Positions 36,934 through 48,732 of a stretch of 64,000 nt of DNA are shown here, piece by piece. The position numbers and the translations under genes were made by a program. The notes under the pieces were generated by a model. That model searched no databases and was not told where the DNA came from. It worked only from the letters and a program-made list of their open reading frames with translations. How positions within the stretch are numbered: position 1 is the stretch's first letter; each line of letters begins with the position of its first letter. Source of the stretch: Macrostomum lignano. Taxonomy: Eukaryota. Where the stretch lies: contig NIVC01001014.1 in NCBI GenBank assembly GCA_002269645.1, positions 62,001-126,000 of the forward strand. The letters are read 5' to 3'.

Positions 36934-39900
36934 ATGTGTAAGTGCTTTTTCTTAAAGGAATTTAATGAAGAGTAATTAGAATCATGCCATAAAAGTGTTA
37001 ATTTGCCATACGTCGGTTGCATGTACGTCGTTACGTTGGGGGAACTTTGAATGTTGTACAAGCCGCGATGCAGCTCTCTCAGATCGGCGGGCTTTGTCAG
37101 CGGCATGATGGCGGATGACCGTCCGTGCTTTTCAGAAAGTTTCGCTGTTTGGCCTGAGCGCTCTAACTCCTACCCGTTCCCAATAGCCTTGTGCAGCAAA
37201 ACCCTTGAAGTGGGCTGCCGATGAGGTTCGCGAAGACTCGGCAATAGTCTGCAGAGCCAGCCCGGCTTAAGAACCTCCAACTGTTTGACGAAGCTGCTGT
37301 TGCATGGTAGTGGGCTTGAAGTACGCAGCTAGAGATGAAGATCGGATGAATGTCGGCTTGCTGCTGCCTTCAGCAGTTCGCAATTTGGCGCAACAAAAGT
37401 AAAGTACATGGCGATGGAATGAAGGACTACTGCGTAACCACAAATAATTTATTTAAACTCAAGCTAATTTGAGAATGCATTTAAACATTTTAACAAAGGC
37501 ACAACAAAAGCGCCGTATCTATCTTATAATGATGAATAATGATGTGCTACTATAATTAAGTTGCACTCTTTTAAATCTTAATATTTTTGTGGCTTTATTT
37601 TCATGTTTTTCTTGACAACAACGTTGATGCTAGGGTAGGGGGTAAGGCGGCCTGTGGTATGTAGCATGTAGGCCTATGTTCATGTTGATGCATAATTTAC
37701 AATATGACCTAATAGACCCTCGTCATTTGCGCGTTATTATTATCTTATCAGTAGCACCCAACCAGAGGTTTTTAAATACCAAGTATGCCTTAGTTTTTAA
37801 CCTGTAATCTGTAGTGTAGCCGTAGGCAGCCATACCATTGGCATTTAGGCAATAGGCCTAGCCTAGGCAGGGCTGGCACCTGCCACCTGGTAGGTAGGGT
37901 TAAGCCTTAGTTAGACTAATTGTAGTTGTAGCCACTTGTAGGGTAGGCGCAGGCCTAGCTAGTTAGTCAGAAGTCAGCTAGTGCTAGGCCTACTTTAACC
38001 TTATACTATTATAGTATTACTATTACTATATAGTATTACTATAGGCTTTTAAAAGGCCACTTTTTTAATAGATGGGCCTATGGCTATGCTGTGCTGTGCC
38101 CTGTGGCCTGTGATTGCTTATTTTTATTTTATGCCCTTTAGATGCTGTCTATTATTAAAAAAGAAATAGGGTATAGGCCTAGGCCTAATATAGAAAGAAT
38201 TTAAAGAAAGATAGGCCTAATCTAGGCCCCCCTATGCCTAGGCTAAGGTAGACTACCCTATAGGCCTATAGCATAGCTACAGTATAGCCTATGACTACAT
38301 GTAGATGTGTATATATAAAATGCAATTTAAAAATAGAGTTGTTGCTACAAAAAGTGAATATATTTTTTTGGCCCCTATAAATATTTATAAAGTGAAATGT
38401 ATCTAAATTTTTAAAATATTTTTAGTTTTTAGGTCTATAGATTTGATTTATAATAATATAAGCCCTAGCCTAGCTGCCTAATGAATTTGTGACTATTAGG
38501 CCTAGATGATTTGCTTATAATAGGCCTATTTTGACCCAGTTGCCTTGGCTATATCATCTTTATTATATTATTCAAAAAGGAATTAGAAATATAAACCTAC
38601 AAGGGCTGTTTCAAAAGTAATATTAATTTTCACTGTTTCTTAGGCCTATTTTGATAATCCAATGTGACATTGCTAGTTTAAGTGGTCCCGAGAAGGGCCG
38701 TTGGACTATAGTTTCCCTTGCTATTTCTCATTTTAATTTCTCCAATAGTTTATTTTAACGTTTACTTGTAGTAGAGCCCAATGAATTTGTACTTATCGCT
38801 AACTCACTGCGCATTTTGCTATCCTTTCATGCGACCGTAGAAAACTGGCATGATCGATAATTTTAAGTTCTTTAGCCAGCCAATGAGAACCGCTCATGCT
38901 TCGTGCTACCCCCTCTCTGCGTTCCTTTTTTAACCCTCGCCTGGCGAGCTGGGGGTCTCCTTCCTCCCTTCTTTCCTGGTTTTGCTCTCTCTCTCCTTAG
39001 GCTTGTCTGCCTTGTTCTCTGTCTGGCTGCCTCGAGCCTCCTTATCTCACGCCACGGCTGACGCCAATCCTGCCTACTGTGTCTCACCGCCTTCACTATG
39101 CTCATTACCATTGCTCATTACGTTACATCGCCATTGCATCACTCGTCTGTCACTTGACTTCATCTCCAATTATATTCAAAACCATTGTTGCAGCCGCCAG
39201 TGCCCAGAAGCTATAGTTTGTGTATTGACAGTAATAACCAAGCCTAATATTGATTTTAACAATAAAACAACTACGGCAGTTTCCTGCCTTTGTTGCCAAG
39301 TGCTCCGCTACACAATCCGCTTTGCAAGAGTTGACTTCAACTTATTTTGGAACTACGACTTACTGCAACGCTTGTCAAAATGGCCCTTTTAAGGGTCCTA
39401 GCCATAGTTAGCCGCTACGCCAACATCAACATCGTGACACCAAAAATATCATTTTGTAGAATTTTATAGTGGCAACCGTTTTTTATATTAACTTAAATAT
39501 TCCTAAAATCTAACAAGGAAACTAAAGCTAACTAAGGGTAATTGGCTAGGCCTACAGTAAATGTGTAAAATGACTTTAGTAAATGACTGCATTAGACCTA
39601 TGAGTTCATGAAAGTTGCGCATGAATCTTGGTTACACTATGCTTTGTCCTTTAAAAGGTATAAATTTCACTCCCCTGAGCAACACTTGAATATACAATAT
39701 ATCCATGATTTTTGGCTTAGCAAAAAAGGGAACAAAAAGCAATGAAGCTGAAGCCCAATAGGAAATATTTTGTTGCTTTAAAAGTTTTGTTTCTCTTAAT
39801 TTTTCTATGTCACTATTTAAACAGCCTAACAAAGAAGTCTAAGTGCATTAAATCTAAAGTAATTTTGTAAATTTCCACTAGCTTATTAATTTATTGTAAG

Positions 39901-41034
39901 TTTATAGTTCAGCTTTTGTTTCCACTTTTGTTTCCATTGTTTGATTTTTGGCCTATGTTAAAATTAATATGAAGAAAATAGTTGCCACTATAAAATTGTG
40001 CAAAATAATGTTTTTAGATCATCAGAATGAGAAATATAATGAAAAGTATAGATTGTACTTTTAGAATGCAATATAAACCAGGAAGGTTTAAGACTAACTT
40101 TTGTAAATATTGTTATACTATTATCAAGATGATATAGCTTGCATTAGGAAAAATACTAGAAAAAATTAAGCTCTGCACTCTAAAACCTAGAAAGGCAATT
40201 TTTTGTTGTCTAATTTGTGCCACAAAAATAAAATTTTGCAATAAAATTTGAAATAATTAAATAAACAATTACATAAAAAATATATTGAATTTGCTATCTT
40301 CTCTAAAAAATATATATAAATCTAAAAACTAGATATTAAATTTGATAGAATCCACTATTATGGAAAGTTTCATTTAGGAGGCTTTTAGATAAAGCATGCA
40401 GATAGAGATACTTGTATGGTTATAAGAATACATAGTTTTGATGTATAGTAGTTATCTAGTAATATTTGCCACTTAATAAACTAGACTTGAAGATTTTAAA
40501 GATCTTTAGAGCTTTTGATTTAATAGATAAAAAGGGGTAGAGGAAGTAAATCAATGGATATTGATATTGCCTGTTTAAAAGCAAGACTCTTTAGTCCCTG
40601 GGGTTGGGGACTCAAGGAACAGAGATCTTGTAGGGCATGTATGGGCTAAAATTACCATAAGATAAATGAGATGCTATTAATGAGTGATAGTGTAAAATAT
40701 TGCTGTCACTTTTTATTTCAATCCAATATTATAGTGAGTGATAGCAGAACTGTTACCATTAGATTTGACATCATTAAAACTTAAAACTTAAAATAAATTT
40801 ATAAGCTATCAATGCAGATACAGATAGGCAATGGCAAAAATCAGATACATGCTTTTTCAAGCTATGGCAAAAAAATTAGGATTTTTTATCCAACCTCTAA
40901 ATGCATACTGGACTCCCAGACCAGCTGCTGATTGTGTATAAAAATGCCACTTATTCTATGTGGCTATTTTAAAATTGTTCAGATTAAATTGGTAATAATT
41001 CAATTAATATTTTCAATGAAATCCAACTGCAGCC

Positions 41035-42934
41035 ATGACCAGTTTAAACTGCCTGTTTTGGTCCAGCTGGTTCTGGCTGCCCAATAGCACTAGTTGGCAG
41101 GAATTTGCCGAATTGAAACAGCCCAGCGAGTACAAGCCGCGGCTGCAAGATCTATGGATTATGTTTCCATGCACCGTCGCTATTCATATTGTTCGCCTAG
41201 CAACCGAGCGCTTTCTGCTAAAGCCTATTGGCCGTCATTATGGTCTGCGCGAATTTGTCAGCCCGAAGTCGGCCCCGGGTCAAGCTAGCAAACTGCAGAA
41301 ATTTGCAGAGGCGTCTTGGCACGGCTGCTTCTATATAATGTCCAGTATCTATGGCGTTGCTGCGCTATGGGACAAGGCCTACCTGTGGGATACTAGACTT
41401 CTGTGGCGGGATTGGCCTCATCATGCTGTGCCCACAGAGATCTACTGGTACTACATGCTTGAGCTAGGCTATTACTGGGCCGCTCTGTTTTATATTTCGT
41501 TTGAATCAAAAAAGAAAGACTTCTTTGAAATGGTGCTGCACCATGTGGTCACAATCTGGCTGCTGGTGTTCTCTTGGTCCACTAATTTTGTACGCGTCGG
41601 CTCTCTTGTACTGCTGGTTCACGATGTGGTTGATCCGTTTCTGCAGGTGCGACTGGCTTTCTATTGATATATCTGTATTGATCAAGTGTGTTGTGTTTAT
41701 TTCACAACGAACAAGCTCATCACAATCTCTAAAATTTACAAGCTAGCTCACAAGCTCACATTTTAAAAACACTTTAAAATGTGAAGGACACTTTAAAAAT
41801 TGTGCACTTCACAGACTGTGCACCTCACAGACTGGACACTTCACAGACTGGACACTTCACAGACTGGACACTTCACAGACTGGACACTTCACAAACTGGA
41901 CTCTTCACAGACTGGACACTTCACAGACTGGACACTTCACAAACTGGACTCTTCACAGACTGGACACTTCACAAACTGGACACTTCACAGACTGGACACT
42001 TCACAGACTGGACACTTCACAAACTGGACACTTCACAGACTGGACACTTCACAGACTGGACACTTTACAGACTGGACTCTTCACAAACTGTACACTTCAC
42101 AGACTGGACACTTCACAAACTGTACACTTCACAGACTGGACACTTTACAGACTGGACTCTTCACAGACTGGACACTTCACAGACTGGACACTTCTCACAA
42201 ACTGGACACTTCACAGACTGGACACTTCACAAGCTAAACACTTCACAAACTGGACACTTCACAAACTGGACTCTTCACAGACTGGACACTTCACAAGCTA
42301 AACACTTCACAAACTGGACACTTCACAAACTGGACTCTTCACAGACTGGACACTTCACAAGCTAAACACTTCACAAACTGGACACTTCACAAACTGGACA
42401 CTTCACAAACTGGACGCTTAGTTCAAATATTATTATTGGTTGATAAGTACATCCTAAATCTGTAAAGTACTAATTAACCCACTTAATTAACTTATCAACC
42501 TGTGCTCATAGAACTTGACATCGCTAAACCCGCAGGGTGCAAAGGTGTTCAAATACCTGGGCATGCAGAGCCTGTGCAACCTGTCTTTCACCCTGTTCAC
42601 GCTCGGCTGGCTTCTCACACGGCTGTCGGCCTATCCGCTAGTCATCTTGCGCAGCAGCCTTTGGCAGAGTGTAGAAGAATTCGGCATGTTCCCAGCTCAC
42701 CTGCTATTCAATGGCGCCCTGATATTGCTGCAATGCCTGCACATTGTCTGGTTCTACTTCATTGTTAAAATTCTAATCCGCTCTCTGAGGGTCGGTAAAG
42801 TTGTGAACGATACTCGATCGGATTCTGAGCAGTCTGATTGCTCCGATGACGAGCCACATTCGCCTGCTGCTAACGGCGCTCAGGCTGTTAGGCGTCGGCA
42901 TAGAAACGGATTGGCAAAAAATTCTTCTACTTAA
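41035..42934 (+). CDS. CERS: Ceramide synthase (TLC/Lag1 domain, CerS2-6/schlank-type N-terminus)
   Basis: Exons 41035-41646 and 42536-42934 (phase 0). FWSSWFWLPNSTSW N-terminus; Lag1 motif KKDFFEMVLHHVVT..RVGSLVLLVHDVVDPFLQ|GAKVFKY; acidic C-terminal DTRSDSE. Confidence 0.95.
41815..42415. repeat. 16-bp minisatellite, CerS intron
   Basis: Unit ACTGGACACTTCACA(G/A). Confidence 0.95.
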
Positions 42935-43194
42935 CTATGCCCCTAAAAGTACTTTTGTACAAGAAAACGTACTTTTTAAGCTGAGATACTGATATCCTTT
43001 ACCTAAAAAAATTGTTGGCTAGATGGCGTATTAGCTAGATAGTTTAATCCATTTATTATTTGCTTCACTCGTAGTTTGCAGCTTAAATTTATGTATATAT
43101 TTTTGGCATATTAATAATTTCATGACAAATATGATTTTTAGTATTTTTGCGGATTGCTATATACCATTCAAGATTGGGATTTTTCTGTAGGATT

Positions 43195-43895
43195 AACTTC
43201 AGTGTGTACCCTCTCCCTGAAAATTCAGTGTGTACCCTCTCCCTGAACATTCAGTGTGTACCCTCTCCCTGAACATTCAGTGTGTACCCTCTCCCTGAAC
43301 ATTCAGTGTGCACTGTGTACCCTCTCCCTGAGACTTCAGTGTGTACCCTCTCCCTGAACATTCAGTGTGTACCCTCTCCCTGAGACTTCAGTGTGTACCC
43401 TCTCCCTGAACATTCAGCGTGTACCCTCTCCCTGAACATTCAGTGTGTACCCTCTCCCTGAGACTTCAGCGTGTATCCTCTCCCTGAACCTTCAGTGTGC
43501 ACTGTGTACCCTCTCCCTGAGACTTCAGTGTGTACCCTCTCCCTGAACATTCAGTGTGTACCCTCTCCCTGAGACTTCAGTGTGTACCCTCTCCCTGAAC
43601 ATTCAGTGTGTACCCTCTCCCTGAACATTCAGTGTGTACCCTCTCCCTGAGACTTCAGTGTGTACCCTCTCCCTGAACATTCAGTGTGTACCCTCTCCCT
43701 AAGACTTCAGTGTGTACCCTCTCCCTGAACATTCAGTGTGTACCCTCTCCCTGAACATTCAGTGTGTACCCTCTCCCTGAACATTCAGTGTGTACCCTCT
43801 CCCTAAACATTCAGTCGGTACTTTCTCCTGAACATTCAGTGTGTACCCTCTCCCTGAACCTTCAGTGTTTACTTTCTCCTGAACATTCAGTGAGA
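43195..43895. repeat. 26-bp minisatellite downstream of the CerS stop
   Basis: Unit CATTCAGTGTGTACCCTCTCCCTGAA. Confidence 0.95.
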
Positions 43896-45394
43896 CTTTA
43901 AATTAATTTTGTTTCGCAAAAAGCCACGGCAGAAACTCGGACTTAACTTTTTTGATTTGATCTGCTTTTTTTACCTATTGTTTACTATATTACAATCATG
44001 ATATGCTGTTGTAACTGTCTTGAGTACCTGTTCACTTGTCAATGCATTGGTTTGATTTGAACCTTTTTTGATTAGCCAATATTTGTTATATTATACTGTT
44101 GTAATTTATTTTAACCCGGCACAACTTTACTTATTTTCGATCAATTTATTATTTTTTAAATCTCTCTTTTCAAGGTGTCACGTCAGCTTTACTCTTGCAT
44201 GCTAGTTAATTACTGTATGCTTATATATTTGTTTTCTGTAAGTATCATCCCTGCAGTTTATTATTTTTTTATATTTCTGTGTCTACCACTTCCATTTTGT
44301 GATCCTCTCTGAGATGTAGAGGTTTGCCCTTTACTATTGACTAGAGACCAAGCGTCGTAGTTTATCAGAAGCAAAAAGTGGTTATTTATTTAGCATTTTT
44401 TGTATGCTCTACTTATACAATACGAGCGTAGTAGAAATAACTGAAAATTATGCTAATAATAATAATAATAAACTGTAACTTAGTACTCTACTTATAGTAC
44501 AAATGACAGAAAAATATGCGTATAAAATTAATAATAAACATTAACTTAGTACTCTACTTATAGTAGAAATATGAGGAAATGCGATAAAAATTTGCAATCC
44601 TAAGCTATACTAAATCGAGACGATGCCTATTAGAATAATTTCTATATGTAATGTAGGCAGATATTTCAGTGATATTAAAGGTCACGTGATCTTCAGGCCG
44701 CTGGAAAACCCCAGTTTAAGCCTAACTTTTTATCTTTCTCACATTTTCAAACAGAAGCTATAAAAAGGAAGAGAGCGGAATCAGTTCTGTTGCTTTTTTA
44801 CTTTCTCAGCTAATTTCTTGATTCTACAGTCAGTTAATGTTATTAAAATGCTGATTTTGTCTATTTTATAACCCGAAGCACCAATTTGATCAGTTGAACT
44901 TTTTAAAAGTCTACTTAACATTGCAGCTAAATAAGCGTAAAGCACTTTTTTCTATGCTTATTTATTTGCATGAATATTTATATAAATATATATTATTATA
45001 TATACCCTGCTGGATGTTTTGCTATACAATTTTGCACTTTTTGCACTTTCAGCTTCTGTTCTTTGCGCGTTCGCTATTTTTGCGATTTTCAAAAATAAAA
45101 ATTAGTACCAGTTATCGCTTTTAGTCACGCTTCTAGAGTTGCTCTTGTAACTTCTCTGTGAAATTATTTTTTACAATTAACCCAAACTTCACACTCCGGA
45201 GGCAAAATTGATATTGTGTCGGTTTTGTACCGAAAAAAATAAATTATTTATCTATTGTCCTAATTGTTTCAGTTTAAATACTAATGTTCCGAACATACCT
45301 TGACAATGGCTTTATTAGTAGTTGTTTTAGTCTGTATCTTAATCGGCTATTGTTTGCGTTCAATTATTTGGGCTGAACTTTGCAGAAGCTGGCG

Positions 45395-46145
45395 CAGGTA
45401 GGGTGATGAAGTTGGTGCAGGTAGGGTGATGAAGCTGGGTGCAGGTAGGGTGATGAAGCTGGTGCAGGTAGGGTGAAGCAGGTGCAGGTAGGGTGATGAA
45501 GCTTGTGCAGGTAGGGTGATGAAGCTGGTTCAGGTAGGGTGAAGCTGGTGCAGGTAGGGTGATGAAGCTGGTTCAGGTAGGGTGAAGCTGGTGCAGGTAG
45601 GGTGATGAAGCTAGTGCAGGTAGGGTGATGAAGCTGGTGCAGGTAGGGTGATGAAGCTAGTGCAGGTAGGGTGATGAAGCTGGTGCAGGTGTGGTGATGA
45701 GGAAGCTGGTGCATGTAGGGTGATGAAGCTGGTGCAGGTAGGGATATGAAGCTAGTGCAGGTGTGGTGATGAAGCTGGTGCATGTAGGGTGATGAAGCTG
45801 ATGCAGGTGTGGTGATGAAGCTGATGTAGGTGTGGTGATGAAGCTGGTGCATGTAGGGTGATGAAGCTGATGCAGGTGTGGTGATGAAGCTGATGTAGGT
45901 GTGGTGATGAAGCTGGTGCATGTAGTGTGATGAAGCTGATGCAGGTGTGGTGATGAAGCTGATGTAGGTGTGGTGATGAAGCTGGTGCAGGTGTGGTGAT
46001 GAAGCTGGTGCATGTAGGGTGATGAAGCTGGTGCAGGTGTGGTGATGAAGCTGGTGCAGGTAGGGTGATGAAGCTGGTGTAGCTGTGGTGATGAAGCTGG
46101 TGCAGGTAGGGTGATGAAGCTGGTGCAGCTGTGGTGATGAAGCTG
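45395..46145. repeat. 23-bp minisatellite upstream of ABHD12
   Basis: Unit GAAGCTGGTGCAGGTAGGGTGAT. Confidence 0.95.
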
Positions 46146-46278
46146 GCACAGATAGATAAAACTTAGACAATGATACAAAGATTCTTAATATTTTTGTAAA
46201 TATGTAGGCAGCAATAAAAATTAGTAAATTTAATACAGATAAGGAAGAACGTTAAATTTAACAGTAAATATTGAAATA

Positions 46279-48455
46279 ATGCAGACTCCTTTGCTTCATG
46301 CTCAAAATATGGCTTTTATTGGCCGGTGCTTCAATTTGTTGATTTGGTTTCTGGTTTCTATCTACGTAATTGTGCCTCTGATCGTCTACTTGTATCCTGG
46401 AATCCTTACGAGCGTGGTGTTCTTCAATTTGTGTAAGATTTTTGTTTGATACCACCATGAGAATCAGTTTGATCCCATCATGAGAATCAGTTTGATCCCA
46501 TCATGAGAATCAGTTTGATCCCACCATGAAAATTAGTTTGATCCCACCATGAGAATCAGTTTGATCCCATCATGAGAATCAGTTTGATCCCATCATGAGA
46601 ATCAGTTTGATCCCACTGTGAGAATCATTTGCGAATCATATTTACCTTTGACCCAAAGCCTCACTATACTCCGCTCCTCGCAGACTATTGTCCGCACTTT
46701 TCGAGAAACTTCTCAGACTTTGAGCACTACGGCCTTTCGCCAAACTCGACTCGGAATTTCTATTTGGCTAATTCTTTGGGTCACAAACTGGGCGTATGAC
46801 AGCTGGAGTCTGAGCCCTGCTCAACTCAGACCGAATTCGAAGCTAAGCTACTCGACGGCCGGCCAGTGCTGCTCTATTACCATGGCAACGCTTTGAATCG
46901 AGGCGGCCACCATATGGTTGACTTGTACAAGCGCCTGCTTAAGGAGAATGATGTGCATATTTTGGCTTTGGATTATCGAGGTGTGTAGAGCCATTCAGGA
47001 TGTGTCTGGCGCTATCTAGAATTTGTGTACCGACAAACTTAAAAACCAGACATTTAAAAAGAATTTCAAAATAACTAAAACATTTTAGCGGTTTCCCTTC
47101 TACCCAATCCAGGTTACGGTGACTCAGAAGGCCTTCTAGAAACTGAGATTGACGCAGTGGACGACGCTGAAGTGTTATTTAACTATGTCACAAAATCGGG
47201 AGTCAAGCGGCTGTACTTATGGGGCCATTCGTTAGGCACCGGGTGAGCGAGTGACGATCGATGCCCTTCATATAACACACCAATCCTTCCCCTGATAACA
47301 CGCCCACCACCTCGAAACACGCCCACCACCCCAAAACATGCCCACCACCCCAAAACACGCCCACCACCCCTCAAACACGCCCACCACCTCAAAACACGTC
47401 CACCACCCTAAACACGCCCACCACCCCTTAAACACGCTCACCACCACCAAACCTGCTCACCTCCCCAATACAAGCCCACCACCCCAAAACACGCCCACCC
47501 CTAAAACACGCCCACCCCTAAAACACCCCGACGGCCCCACCTCTAAAACACACCAATCACCCCAAAACACGCCCACCACCCCAAAACACGCCTATCACCC
47601 GAAAACACGCCAATCACCCCAAAACACGCCCACCACCCCAAAACACGCCCACCCCTAAAACACGCCGAGGGCCCCAAAACACGCCCACCACCCCAAAACA
47701 CCCCCACCCCTAAAACACGCCGACGGCCCCAAAACAAGCCTACCACCCCAAAACACCCCACCCTAAAACACGCCGACGGCCCCAAAACACGCCTACCACC
47801 CCAAAACACCCCACCCCTAAAACACGCCGACGGCCCCAAAACACGCCTACCACCCCAAAACACCCCCACCCCTAAAACACACCGACGGCCCCAAAACACG
47901 CCCACCACCCGAAAACACGTAAATTACCTCTAAACAGGCTCACCATTGCCACCACCTTAAAACAAGCTGCCCCGAAAATCCACTGCTTGTATGTACGTTC
48001 TGTACATGTTAGAAAGCGTACAATATGTATAACCTTACAACATAACAATTCTTCAGGCACAACTCTCCTTTCGTCTTCAGTGTCGTGTCCCATCTGGCCA
48101 AACGCCTGTCTGACAGTGGCCGCTTAAACCCAATAGCTGGCCTGGTACTGGAGTCGCCATTTAATAACATTCGCGACGGTGTGCGTATGCATCATTTCAG
48201 CCTAGTAAGTGCCTTTTTGTAACAAAAATTATGAACAAGAATTTCGTATGTACGACAGTACACACCCAGATGATCGAGGATAGTAGCTATCCCCAAGACG
48301 GGTCTACGAAGTTTGCTACGACGTTTGCCAGCCGACGTTTGCCAGCCGGACATTTGCAGGCGGCAATTGGTTAAAGAAGTATGCCCTCTCTAGGCTTACA
48401 TGTATTTGCATTTAAAAACTGTGGACATAGCACTAATCTAATTCCACCTCGCTCC

Positions 48456-48517
<62 letters not shown>

Positions 48518-48642
48518 GCTACTGCTGCTACTACTACTACTAATACTACTGCTACTACTACTACTAATACTGCTACTACTACTACTACTACTGCTACTAC
48601 TACTACTAATACTGCTACTACTACTACTACTACTGCTACTAC

Positions 48643-48732
<90 letters not shown>

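Noticed and set aside
37080-37400. GC-rich island next to the LTR element
   Set aside because: No convincing ORF, splice model or RNA family could be assigned.
46797-46799. Selenocysteine or nuclear TGA=Trp reassignment for the ABHD12 TGA
   Set aside because: The position aligns to Trp rather than Cys and no SECIS was recognised. Other genes here use TGG for Trp, and the prepropeptide gene ends in TGA.
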